From: Paecilomyces variotii | Taxonomy: Eukaryota | DNA: 64,000 nucleotides | Assembly: GCA_004022145.1 (NCBI GenBank) | Contig: RCNU01000007.1 | Direction: 5' to 3' (one strand) | Shown: piece after piece, positions 28,812 to 41,399 of the stretch | Position numbering within the stretch: the stretch's first letter is position 1 | Layout of the letters: every line of letters begins with the position of its first letter | Notes under the pieces: generated by a model | What the model was told of the DNA's origin: nothing | What the model saw: only the letters and a program-made list of their open reading frames with translations | Database searches by the model: none | Position numbers and translations under genes: made by a program

Positions 28812-31178
28812 ATTCCGAAATGGTGGTGATAAATGTAATCTAATAAGTAGGAACTTGATACATACGTTCTAGGGACCGAGGAAATCATACCATACAGAAA
28901 GAATACTCAGATTACGGGAGCTGGTCACGTCAGATCACATACCTACTTACAGGGTAATTAATTAATTATCTATCTGCTTGCGTAATTCAAGTACGATATG
29001 ATGATGTTTACGAGTATTTCATTAGATACTTTTCCTTTTCTTTTTTATGTATGTATGTACTTCTTCCCGTCTTTATTTTTATTATGGAGACGGAGACGGA
29101 GACCATGGTGTGACGAGGTATGAGCCAAAAAATGAAAAAGGGCAATCAGCGCACTAATCTATGGCTGAGTTGAGACACGCTCCAGGGTCGCACTTCCGGT
29201 TTGGGACAGTATCTATCCGTTGAAACTAATAATAATAATTTGTGATCATCGTAGAAAGAAACTCGGATGTGATGATGGTGGTGATGCACGGGGAGGTGGT
29301 TCTCGGGAGAAGATGATTATCTATCTATGGTGATTACTCCGTACACTGCCACGCGGCATTGTTCTACTACTAACTACTCCGTACTGTTGCGACATCAACA
29401 GCCAAGTTCTAGTTCTAGCTAGGATGAAATGAAGAAAGTTGGTTTGGGTCTGGTGCTGTGCCGCACAACCGTCAACGAGGGGAGGAATAATGAATGGCTG
29501 GGAGAGACTGGTTATCGGGTCTCTTGGTATAGATACTAGTTATAGATCGACACGAATCACGCTTGGATGCTGGATAGATTTCCTCCTGCATGGTCCCGCA
29601 GTACCATAGACCAATCTGGTCGTGATGATGACAGCGCCTCTTGGTTGTTGTTGAGAAGAATCTGCTCAACAGTGTCAGCACAACTTGTTCCAGCCAAAGA
29701 AGGGAGTTCTCTCTGGCTGGCGAGGTAGGACCCGGGACTGCTTGCGAGGAAGCGAAGCTTGGACGCTGGAACAAGCTGCGATAGATACTTTAGCTGACTA
29801 GCGAGAACGACTGGGATTCTTAGCGATGGTCTTCCCCCTGTTCGAATCCACTAGAAGGATCCCTAATGGGGAGCAGCTTCAGGGCCCAGCGCGGTAGTCG
29901 TCCATCGGGCGTGCTGCAACCTGCACGAAATCCAAGGAAAACCGGACAAGATGGCCTAGACAACATCGCCTGCTGAGAATGTGATTCCATCAAAAACCCA
30001 CCCAGTCAGCAGTAGTTGATGAGAGTCGCAGAGGTATCCGATCCCCGCCGACAGTCGCACGGAGATGTGACCGGGTGTGGTAGTGGAGGTGCAGACAACA
30101 GAGTAGTATCTAGTATCTAGTACTAACTAGAAAAAACCAGAGAAAGAAAGAAAGAAAGAAAAGAGCCTCAGCCAAGGCCGATCGAGAGTATCACTTTTGG
30201 CTTGTCCTGCCAGGTTTCTCTGTATGGTATTCTTGGCGCAGCGCTGTCCCTGACAGCAACCAGGCCCTCTTCTGCCCCTCTCGTCCCCGAGACAGCTTGC
30301 TCAGGGACAGTGAATCCAGACGAATGGGAAACCGCAAGCGGGGGACGGGCGAGAAGCAAGGCGATCAGCTCGTTTTCTCTTCTTCTGTCTTGTCCATCTC
30401 CACACTCGACAGAGATTGTTACCTGTCGAAGGAACTGGCGGGATGATCGAAAGGGACCGCCAAACTGGCCCGCCAAATCCTCCGGGCACGTGCCGATCGC
30501 CAAGTGCCCGCGAGACATTCGTCGTTGCAGAGACAGTTCGACCCCGTAACGGACATCGTGCACATCGCGTCTCGCAACTGTCAGACATGACCAGACGGGT
30601 CGTAGATATCGCTCGAAACGGGCCCAAGCGGTCCCTGAGACCCCGACCCGACAGCGCTGATTCTGGCTCCAGAATCGCCAGAAGAGGAGAAGGCCACGAG
30701 CGAGCTTCCCAGGACGGCAGCGTGTGTTTCACAAAAGAGTCTTCTGCTTCCCAAGATAGAAGGATGCGACAGCAGAGGCTGGAAGGTTGAACGTCAGCTG
30801 CAGACGATCATCGAGCGGGATGGAGGAGATAAATGTTTTGGCCTCGTGTGGCCCCTTAATTTGGGGACATGGTCTTTAACTGGTCTGGTTCCCTTTTGTA
30901 GTTGATGTTATTTGATTTTATATCCCAATCTGGCATTGTGCTTCTACTTTCGGGTCTCTCTCTCTCTGTTGTAATTGTTCCCTTTTATTATTGTTCTAAG
31001 AGGCTGGTCACTCTTTTTGTTCCTCATATCAAGTCCTTCTATTCTTTGATTACGTACGTTTTTCAACATTTACCCCGTTGCTTGCCAACGCATTCAAAAG
31101 AAAGAAAGGAAGGAAAATATACGTACCATCTACAGTTCAATAAAGAACCACTTACATCTGAAGACATCTGAAGACATC

Positions 31179-32001
31179 ATGAGACCGGTGACAGTTCTTC
31201 CTCTCCTGCTGGCCGTGGCGTCCGCCCGTATAGTCAACTTCAACCGCCGGGCAGACAACCTGCAGACGTTCACAGGCGACCTGGGAGGTGCTGCGCCCGC
31301 TGTGACCAACAGTGGTGACAGCACCAGGCCATTCGAAGTCAACGGAGACACTTTTGTCAACGAAGCCGGTGCCCTGCAACGCTCCTGCGACGTGCAGTTT
31401 AACACCTGTGCCAACCAGGCCAACGGAGGGGCCAGTTTCTCAGTGGCTCAATGCCAGCAGCAAGAGGGTAAGTATCAAGATGCGCAAGACACAAGCCTGC
31501 AGATTGCTGATTTGAAGTCTCTAAACAGACCAATGCAACGCAGCTGCCGGTGCTGCCAAGCGCAGTATAGAAGAGCGTTCAGAGCATATCACGCCTCGCT
31601 TCCCCCAGATCCAAGTCAGAGCCAACTCCAACAGCACCGGCAATAATGACCAAGCCAGCCGCGTTGGCAACATCAAGCGCAAGGTCGACTTTGAGAAGCG
31701 TAACGGTACGGCTGCGGACTTTATCAAACGCGGAGACATCATCGACAAGCGCAACGACGCAGCGCAGAACGGTCATGCGAACTTCATCAAGCGATTCACC
31801 AGCGACATGGAGAAGCGCGCTGGGAACGGAACGGACGCTGCGCAAAAGTTCGGCCAGGCCGCGAAGGAAATTGGCGGTATCGTGCAGGGCATTGGGAACC
31901 TCCTCGGCGGCGGCGGCGGAGCTGCTGCTGGCGGCGCTGGCAACAAGGCTTCTGCGCCGTTTGGCCTGAAGCCTCGGAAGACCCACTTCTTCCGTAGCTA
32001 G
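31179..32001 (+). CDS. Secreted precursor: signal peptide, small 4-Cys domain, then an array of KR-delimited peptides (KEP-like)
   Basis: MRPVTVLPLLLAVASA signal; intron 31468-31528 (GTAAGT...AAACAG) restores a frame with 7 KR sites that ends at TAG 32001. Confidence 0.8.
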
Positions 32002-35000
32002 AAATGATTCCTTTTGGCTACGATGTGTTTTCTTTCAAATATGGACCATCAATGTGTGCAATACCCGGGATAGCTGGCAGGAAGCAGCAGTGATAAGGGA
32101 GGGAGGCAGTCGAGATGGGGGAGGAACCCGAATGCGTCACAGTAGAGCTGTGATGTGACCGCTGGTTCTGTGAACTCGATTTGCCACTCGTCCTTGGTTA
32201 TATCATTCATGTATTATAGGGAAGGAAGGGGGAAACTGGACAAACAGGAATCGTAAGAGATCTTTCTTTTTTTTTCGATGTTCAGATGGAAAACGGCCTT
32301 GTCTCGCTAGCAGAAAGAACAATGATCGGAAGCCAAAAAAGGGAACTAGAGTAGAATATGGTTCCTGGGACAGTCTGCTGATTGGCACTGAATCCTTATC
32401 CGGCCCTATCACCACTTGCAGAACCTTGTGCATTGTTCATGTTCATGTTCATGATCGACGTGGACCATAACTTATCCTCGGGTCCGATAAAGGGGAACGT
32501 CACCAGGGCAATAATGGCAGCGTAGAGCAGACAAGACAGTTCGTTCGCGATAGGTAATAATCAGAGAAAAAAGCAAGAAAGGGCACGAGGGACGTACTCT
32601 GACTCGCAAGATGCATGGCATTGAGCGATCCATCGATCGATGGATAGTTATGATGTGACAGTACTCCACAGGTAGCGTCACTTGTCGCGTTCCGTAGAGA
32701 CATGTTCTTTTTTTCAAGGACAGATAAGAATATGGCAATAGCAAAAAAGAAATCGGGTCGAGATTCTAGAAATCTGCCTGGGAATTCGACGAAAGTCGCT
32801 CTGTCTACTCTCTAGAGTAGCATATGCGCTCGCTGGTTCTCTCTTTCTCCCTGTGCGTTTGTGGAACTTGGGTGGTTCCTCAACGTCTTTGCATCATGGC
32901 TTGTTTTTCCCTTTTTCCACATGTTTGTGACTGCAGTAAGTACTTGCATCCATGCAGAGTGAAAAAGTCAAATCATCTTTTTCTTTTCTTTTTTTTCTCT
33001 CCGCATTTGGGGAACAGCCATTGATCCTCTACTTACAACTTTTCAACGCTTCTTGGCAAGGAGAGCGGGGATCAACTGTCCTGCAGATTGATGGGCTGCT
33101 CTAATGTCGATCATGACTTCAACCACGCTGGGAACAAGCGATCAAGCGAGGATAGTTCATATCTCTCTCCGTTCGGTAGACGAGGCCGCGCAAATAACTT
33201 TCGAGAGGATAACACAGCCGGACGACACACTCCACTTTTTTTACAAGTTCCCCCCCGTCTAAGAAAGTATGGTAGAGTAGTTGTCAGTCCGATCGTGGTT
33301 TAGTAAACCAGCCACTACGTCGTAACTAGTGGGTACTGTTATGTGTTCTAGACGTTCAACGTTTTCGTATAGATCCTGTTTGAGAGGGGAGAATTGAGGG
33401 CGAGGCCGTAGGTCAAAAAGGGAATTGTTCCATTTGTCTAGCTGCAGCTATGATTATTACCTCTCACCGAGATGAAAAAGGAGGAAAAAGGAATCAGAAA
33501 AGAGAGTTCGTAGACGCGTTCGTCAGCTTGTTAGCCACTGTGATTTGTTGGTAGTGGTCGTCGTCTATCCCTTTTGCCGTATGAGAACCAAGAATTCTCC
33601 GAAAGGGAAATCGACAGCCAGTTACTTAGTTGGTGCAGCCAACTTGCGATTGAACTACTAACTACAGTATGGTATGGGATTCTGTGTCTGGTCTTGGTCT
33701 GCGGGGTTGCGATCTCCACGGCCAGACCAGTCCGTGTGCGGTGGCTGAGTTGGCAGCCTGAGGACAGCGGGTATTATGAGCTTGAGAGAGGTTTCCTTGT
33801 TTTGACCTGGAGAAGTTGGGATAACGCTCTCTGCGTTGCCCAGTTTTCGAGTGGAGAAGAGTGATGCCAAGCGACCAGTTCATGGGTCTTGTTAGCTATT
33901 GTTACTACCCTGACTAACTGAGACTCTACTCCCGTGTTATCATTGTGCGACTGTGCGACTGTAGATGTTCCTAGAGTAGATAGATAGGGCAGAATAGAGT
34001 ATGGTAGAGTAGAGGAGAGAAGTCGAATCAAGTTCTTGATTCCTCCGCTGTCCGTATCCGCGCGGAGTCACGGTGGGCGGGCTTGACGTCGATGCTGGCC
34101 AGTAATTGCCTGGAAGCTATTGGAGCGGTGTCGAGTCCAGGCTGAAAGATGGAGAAGAAATAGAGAAAGAAAAAAGGACAGGAAAAGGAAAAGCAAAAGG
34201 GCGGAGAGGATCTGCAGTTGCAGCAGTTCGTCTCTTCTCTCTCTCTCCAGGCGACGGGGATCATTCGGACCAGTTGAACAAACGTTTTTGCCACCACCAG
34301 CCCTATGATTGTTCTGACTGCTGCGGTAACGTTCTCCGGAAATTTGATCTTGACTCGTCTCGTTGTCTTGTCTTTTTTTTTTCTTGTACTATAGTCTTCT
34401 CGTCAAGCCAACCCCTGGACTGACAGCGCCGCCATCCAGGGTTCCGTTGCGGCGGGTATTCCTCCCGGTCTTGATCAGAGGGCGGCCTCTGCGCTAGATA
34501 GTAGACTGCTGGATAGTGAGTCTACTCTATTCTATTCTACTCTACTCTACTCGACTCTCCTTGCTCTTTCAAACTGCTGAACCGATCCTATCACCGCAGT
34601 CCTGCTTCTGTATCCGTGGTCGCCAGACGGCCCCTACGCTCAGTACCAGACCTGACAAACCCATGAGTTGAAAGACCTTCTCTGTCCTCTGCACCACTGA
34701 GACAACTGATAACCGGACGCGGTGGTTTGCCTGGAATGCCAGACAGCAACATCGATCTGGTTCGGCGCCGTTCTCGTCGATCCCCACCGGTCGTGATGTC
34801 AGTGACTGCGGCAGTCTGGACTCTCAACTAAACTTGCCCGGTGGATCGTGCTCTCAAGTCCTCTACCATAGAGTCTCTCGAGACTCGAGAGAAACTAACT
34901 AACTATCCTGATCGCCTTTCCGATCGCTCGCCCTGCGGATTTCTTTGTCGCGCCAATGACTCCGGTCCGTGCGGCCCCTTCGGAGCGACTACTAGGCCAA

Positions 35001-36397
35001 TGATGAGTTGCGCGGGGGAGCAAGCCAGATACGAAGCAGAACAGGAGATGAGCTTCTCGAGGCTTCGGAACCCTTGGGTCCGTTGCCTGTTACGGCCAGC
35101 ATCCCCCTCGCTGTGCCTCCTTGAAGCTTGGGATCTCCTACCGGTCCGGGATGGAGTTGGGGATGGCCTTCTGGGACCAGGAGTGCCTTGTAGATCCACG
35201 ACGTCACAGAGTCCAGTTAGTACTTAAGATGAATACGAAACATCAAGTCAAATCCAATCCAATCCAACGCTTGGTTCGTGGTTTTCTTATTGCAGACAAG
35301 AGAGCTCCATCTCCCTCTCTCTCCCCTTCTACTCTCCCCCCAGATATAATATTAAATCACTCCCAACAAATCCAAACGGGCCCTCGTTGCTGAACCCGGT
35401 AGTCCGCCCATTCCAGACCAGACCAGACCAGACCATAAGTGATTATTACCATAAACTCCATTGAACTATACGGAACCAAACCCAGAAATCTGCTCGATCC
35501 AAGATTCACAATCATTGTTATTGTTATATTAACAGGCCGTGTGTCTCCTGTTAAATTAAACCTGGTGATCCACGGCTGCCGGCAGAAACTCAACTCAACT
35601 TCCAACCATCAGGTGCTTCGACAGAGCTATCCGGCATTCCTGCAGTCCTGTCTAGACCTGGCTGGTTCCTCTTCCGTGCTTTTCCTGGCTTTTCTGCTCC
35701 AGACAAACTCGCATTAAACCGACAGGCGCTGCTGCAGCCTAACCTTGATCGCTGCTCCGACGTGGCTGCATCCCTGGCTGGCCATCGCCTTCTCTCGCGG
35801 TCCTGCCAAACTCCCACTGCAATCCCAAGGTAGAAGCCGTCCAGCCTACCGCGTTGGCCCTCCGGCTGCATCGCCCCGGCTCTCCTTGCAATTCCCTCCC
35901 TCTCTCTGTGGCAGCGGGCGGTGGTTTGCTTGGCCGTTTTATCACCTGCAATTGACCGTGGTATAACGGCAGCTCGACCGCCGTCGTCCTGATTTCCTCT
36001 CCACCTCGACCATTACCACCACCATCAGCATCTCTCCCCATCCACGGTCTGGACACGCCGTATCAAATCTCCGACGCTCCTGGCGCTTTGAAGACCAACG
36101 TGCCGTGGAACCATCCATCAGGTCCAATTACCTTTTTTCTGGCCTGCCCACTTGCCATCTTCACCCCAGCTCAATTCGATCGATCTACAAGCTAGCTTCG
36201 TTTCGTTTCTCCGTCTCGAAATTCATCCTCTTATCCCGCTGTGGTGTCGGTTGAAACCTGTCTGCCTGTCGTCCTTACGCTACGAAACGAATTTAGCCAG
36301 CAGAGAGACTACGGACTCTCAAGTATACACTGACAGCTCTGGAATCGGTGAAAGAAAAGAAAAAGCTACAAGAGAACTCCGCCGGGATCAAGACTAC

Positions 36398-37357
36398 ATG
36401 TCGACACTCAACATGCTGGCTGAACAACCAACGTTCGCTGGATCGGCCTTTGCCAGTGCCGATACCGTCAATCCTATGGCATCCTCCTTTGAAACAGGAA
36501 CAGCTTTCCCGGGGGACTTCCTCGGTCTGTCATTGCAGGACGATGACAATGTCTGGAATCTCAGCCCGACCTCGCCTACGCTGGGGTCGTGGAACCCCAA
36601 GACAGAACCCGCCTTTGTGAACCCGAGTCTCGAGCGAGATCTGAAGAACTCGCGGGTGCGCAATGGACAGCCGACCCCTCCCCCGTTCGAAGACAAGAAG
36701 GCGGTTGCTACGGACGACTTGTTTGCCATGAGCTCCAGCTGGGAGGACTCCATGATGAAAACTGCCAACAGCCGCCAGCGACGGAGCACCAGCGATTCAT
36801 CAGAGAGCAGCGGGACGAAGCGTCGCAAGGTCCGCGAGCACAAGCAGTCCTCCAGCGGTCCCGAAGACGAGTCGAAGCACGACAAGGCAAAGCGGGAGAA
36901 ATTCCTGGAGCGGAATCGACTGGCGGCCAGCAAATGCCGCCAGAAGAAGAAGGAACATACGATGCTGCTCGAGTCCAAGTACAAAGAACAGTCGCAGAAG
37001 AAAGAAGAGCTGGTGGCCGAGATCGCGCGCCTGCGGTCGGAGATCCTGGGTCTCAAGAACGAGGTGCTCAAGCACGCCCAGTGCGGGGACGAGCCCATCA
37101 AGCTCCATCTGGCGCAGATGGTCAAAAGAATCACCTACAACGACACCGCTGAGGGCCACGACCCAGCGGACCCGGCTGACGTGACCGACTCGACCACATC
37201 CCCATCCATTCACGGTGCCATGTCGTTTGGCTTCGACGATCCCTTGCAGCTGGATCCCTGTCAATCAGCAGATTTGGAGCAGCAGCTCCGTCGGGAATCC
37301 GATGCGTCCCTGGTCTTCTCGACCGACGATAACTTTGATGACCTGATTAACGTATAA
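36398..37357 (+). CDS. ATF/CREB-family bZIP transcription factor (AtfB/AtfD-like)
   Basis: KREKFLERNRLAASKCRQKKK basic region, leucine zipper, LKHAQC; GQPTPPP motif. Start may lie further upstream. Confidence 0.88.
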   Translation: MSTLNMLAEQPTFAGSAFASADTVNPMASSFETGTAFPGDFLGLSLQDDDNVWNLSPTSPTLGSWNPKTEPAFVNPSLERDLKNSRVRNGQPTPPPFEDKKAVATDDLFAMSSSWEDSMMKTANSRQRRSTSDSSESSGTKRRKVREHKQSSSGPEDESKHDKAKREKFLERNRLAASKCRQKKKEHTMLLESKYKEQSQKKEELVAEIARLRSEILGLKNEVLKHAQCGDEPIKLHLAQMVKRITYNDTAEGHDPADPADVTDSTTSPSIHGAMSFGFDDPLQLDPCQSADLEQQLRRESDASLVFSTDDNFDDLINV

Positions 37358-38538
37358 CATGTTTTGCCCTCTTTGGGGACAAGCGTGCGCCACAGGAGAC
37401 ACGTGATAAGTAGCGCACGTGTTTCTTCCCTTTTCGGGTCTATATACGACAATTATCCTTTTTAATCAATGTCATTCTCCTCCTTACGTTCTCGGGGCCG
37501 GTTTATTCCAAGGCGTTATGTGTGCTGCTGCGTTTTATTTTTTTTCAAGCCCGCGGACAGGAACACGGAGGCCATCTATTCTCTCACTTTGGACGACTGA
37601 TGATGATTTTTTGTTTTGTCTTTTTGAGATGTGCATAGTCCGAGGTCTATGGAGTACGGCGCAAAAGGGATACTGGAGGATTCGCTTCAGTGGAACACGA
37701 AAAGCTGATTGTCTTGCTATATCCTCCATGGGGACTTGCTTTTGCTTACGAGGCTTCTCTGCTATACTGTCTTTTCCGAGTTGCTATGAGCATCGGAGGA
37801 TGAAGCTTCGCATATTATTTACGAGGACTGGATCACTCGTAACGAAAACATTTTTTAACACGAACACGCTCATTGAGAGCCGACCACTCATGGCATCTCA
37901 ATGGAAGCGAGGAAAAAGGGACGTCACAGGATGCGCATGACAGAGCACACGCACCACTACAGTTCGACATGCTACCTTTGTCTTCGTTGATGCAGCTATG
38001 GTGGATTTATCTGACTATCCGCGTCACTGCTGCCGCCATTTCTATCGATGCTCTCTGTCTTTTGTACATTCCAACGCTGACCAGCTAGCGCCCCTGCTAC
38101 AGATTGTCAGTCGAGATTGAATTGGACAGGGATGGGTTCATGCGATGTGAGCATATGGTCATGACAATGCTTGACCACGAGGAATGTGTATCCTACGCCT
38201 TTCCTTCTTCTTATAATAATAATATATGTATCTTATATGTAGCAAATATGTGCGACGACCTCCTAGTTCCTCTTCTGTGACCTAGTCTGGTTAAACTAAA
38301 CCGCCCAAAATTATCTATTGGCCGGTTCGGTTCAGGTATTCTCTATAAATATGACAATTCAAGTGTTACTGGCTATTTACTGTGAAAGGCTAGCGAAATA
38401 TAATAAAATAAGAGACTTCTCTCTATGCTACGGGAACTTCATCTTCTTCTTCATCTTCTCTTTTTTTTTCTTTTTTTTTCCATAGGTAATAGTGATAATA
38501 ATCCCGATACAATGTATTGTATTGAAATATTGTCTATT

Positions 38539-38539
<1 letters not shown>

Positions 38540-38621
<82 letters not shown>

Positions 38622-38629
38622 CTACTACT
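38540..38629. repeat. Compound trinucleotide microsatellite (AGC)11(AGT)16(ACT)3
   Basis: Counted directly from the sequence. Confidence 0.95.
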
Positions 38630-39043
38630 AATGTACAGTACAGTATATTTTCAGGAAATGACTCAAGTTTAAAGGTAGAGAACTATGATAAATTCTGAAT
38701 TTCGTCAAGGTTATAAAATTAAATTAAGTAAATAAAACTAGAGATACTCTATAACTATAGCAATAACCTCTAGTTATCTTCTATTATCAGTAATAACTAA
38801 TTCATATCTTATTATAAAGTCCCATCCTATCTGTTAACTTTTCACTTAATAAATCTGGCTAGTCGGTCGGTCGATAACGATAAATTATCTAAGGTAGCGA
38901 TTCGCAGTTCGCTATTATGGAATTTTTAGTAAGTTACCTATATAGGAATAAATAAATAAATCAGATTTCGTTCTTAGCAAGTATTGGTTTTACTCTAAAT
39001 ATATGTATATACATATACATAATAGTAAGAAATGTAATTTTCA

Positions 39044-39523
39044 GTTCCTTCTGAATCCTTGGTAAATCCCTCCCGTCGACGTGTTTGACGGGGCGAAGGC
39101 AGGACTATGTTCCACGTTGGACGGAAGAATGGGGGGCAATCTGTTATAAAGCTTTGATCTGTATTGCGCGGAAAGTTGATGACATGGCCTCTGGGTTTTG
39201 TATGTATGTACTGTACATACCTGACGCACTTCTACGAAGAATATGAATTTGGGCAATAAGCATCTCCTTCGACCTGCGTCAGCTTAGGAAGCTGCGGCGT
39301 AACGCTCGGGTCCATCCATCCCATTCCGTGTTTCGTACAGAGGAGTATAGTATCATTGCCGCGGGAGTCCCTCGCACACAGCGGTCACAGATGCCAGTAG
39401 GCCTCACCTTCATGGACCATCGCTCATGGTAGACATCACAGGTTCGCATCGTGGTTGTTCCTGCATCCGGAGATAGAACCCGCGGAGATTCTCCTAATCG
39501 TCAGCAGACAGGGCTGGTTCATC
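39044..39523 (-). mobile_element. Degenerate Helitron Rep/helicase N-terminal relic (DUF6570-like region)
   Basis: Across frameshifts: DEPALSADD*ENLRGFY..MRTCDVYHERWSMKVRPTGICDRC...MDPSVTPQLPKLTQVE/EMLIAQIHI/FVEVRQV...RGHVINF...LYNRLP..LP...RPSN. This matches the recalled fungal Helitron motif LPxLTQVEEMLIARxHxFVEVRQxRGxQYxYxGHVINF. Confidence 0.7.
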
Positions 39524-39766
39524 CGCAGGGATTGTAGTGTCAAAAGAGGGGGAACTGGAGGCACTACTAAATACTGGCAAATGGTCAGATACAGAAACTG
39601 AATCCCCCCAAGGCTCCATAATCTCCATGATGAACACCCGCTACACCTTGACCACCCCGGATATCACGGATATCATTGTAGATTCGAGAATTCTTATTCA
39701 ATATCTGAAAGGAGTGTTTTTCGGATCCGCTAAACCTGTGACCCTTGGGGAGAAGGCCTTGGAAGG

Positions 39767-40897
39767 TCATTGAGATGGCGCGCGGGCTGGACTACCACTG
39801 GGAGTGCCAGCACGAACCGACGGAAGGAGATTAGGCGTTGAGCACTCGTATAACAGCTTGACGGACGGAAGTCCCTTGAGTTGAGAGTAAACTGCGTATG
39901 ATCCCTGAAAAACAAAACCAGTTGAACTAGTCTTGTAGACCCCGTCGAGTGTAAGTCCAACGTTTGGACTTAGCGAACGTAGCCACCCCATGAGATTGCG
40001 CAACTCCTGATCCGAGAAATCTCGGTCTACTTCAATGCCAAATACAGCACGAAGAGCAGGTGGGCCGGAAGGACGTAGTCCTGGAGTTGAGCCGGGGAAA
40101 GGGAGACGTGCAGATGTTACTCCGAGAGGCACTACATGCGTTGGCTTCCGCTGCGGCGATTCGGCTCTTAGGATGGCAATCAGCTCAGCCATGTCGATTG
40201 TCTCGCGACCCATCTCTTTCAGCTGGGCGATATTCGTTGCCAGTTTGGCAGAGAAGGATATACGCTGACCAGGTATAAACGCACCAGGAGCGTTCGCGTC
40301 CACTGCCGCAAGGATATCAACCGAGCGCTTAACAGGCTTCGTACTCTTAGTGGCAAGGTAACTGTAGCAGCAATCGAGGACGATAACCACATCAACCAAA
40401 GCATCGTAGGAAAACATCCCTTCTGCCACGAACTGGTCGATCAGCAAGTTGGTATTTATCGTTTTGTTGCCCGACGCTGACGTGAAGAACAGATTGTCAT
40501 GAGGACCAACTGTCCCGTGACCCGTGTAGTGTATAAAACAGATGCATCGGCCTTGAGGAGAGTAGTTTAAGGCCGCTAGAAACATTTTCGTTGCCTTCTC
40601 TTGAAGTGTCCACCCAGGGGCTAGGTCTTTCTTCTCGAGGGTGAGGATGACAGGGGCAGGAAAACCAAAGGCAGCAAGGAAATCTCGAAAGTTGTCGCAA
40701 TCTCTCTGTGCCTCCGTATTGTCCTCCTCCCACCTTACGTGGAGAGCGAAGGACTTCGAGTAGACCTTGCCATGTTGGTCGACAGCCTTCTCAAGAGAGT
40801 GACGAAACTGGGTTTCGGTGAGCTGGGTTTGAGACTGAGGCTGAGGCGGAGGCTGAGAGTGAGAGGAAGACTGAGAGCGAGAGTGAGAGTGAGACAT
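39767..40897 (-). CDS. Caspase/metacaspase-fold (clan CD, C14-like) protein, intronless
   Basis: ALHVRWEED strand; CFIHYTGHG (His) and VVIVLDCCYS (Cys) dyad motifs; DILAA; SFSAKL. Confidence 0.75.
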   Translation of the reverse strand: MSHSHSRSQSSSHSQPPPQPQSQTQLTETQFRHSLEKAVDQHGKVYSKSFALHVRWEEDNTEAQRDCDNFRDFLAAFGFPAPVILTLEKKDLAPGWTLQEKATKMFLAALNYSPQGRCICFIHYTGHGTVGPHDNLFFTSASGNKTINTNLLIDQFVAEGMFSYDALVDVVIVLDCCYSYLATKSTKPVKRSVDILAAVDANAPGAFIPGQRISFSAKLATNIAQLKEMGRETIDMAELIAILRAESPQRKPTHVVPLGVTSARLPFPGSTPGLRPSGPPALRAVFGIEVDRDFSDQELRNLMGWLRSLSPNVGLTLDGVYKTSSTGFVFQGSYAVYSQLKGLPSVKLLYECSTPNLLPSVRAGTPSGSPARAPSQ

Positions 40898-41399
40898 GGT
40901 AATGTAATGTCAGGTGTATGGACAGTTGTGATGGTGAATATGTTATAGACTTCAAACTCGACTTCTGAACTGATGGCTTGAGGGAGGTGAAGAAGGAAGA
41001 ATGCGAGAAGAGAAGAGAGGGGGGTATGCGGGCCTTATATATTCAGAATCCTGAGGACTATTCCCCTTCATCGCTTGAGTAGACAAAGTGAATAGTTCCT
41101 ACATGACGGTTAATCCCAACTTGAGACGCGTAGTAGTGAGTGGCTAATCCCAACTTGACTGTATGTGAATACTACCTACCTACTGTGCTATAGGCACTAG
41201 TACTGATTGGGCATCCTGTAGCCAGAGCCATCAACGCATCAGCTTTGTGTCGGATTCCAATCTCTGTATGAAGCCAAGCTGCACCTGTTTGCTAGCTATC
41301 CGAGACAATGGATATCACCGCCTACAAACAAACTGTACCATGGCTCAACTCCGTGATACGGGTAGGAGGGTGTAACCATGTCTCAGGCAGCAGCATAGG

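Noticed and set aside
33313-33326. CACTACGTCGTAAC as the partner end of the CACTA-like terminus at 5558
   Set aside because: Only a short imperfect match, on the wrong side and orientation to enclose an element, and separated by core genes.
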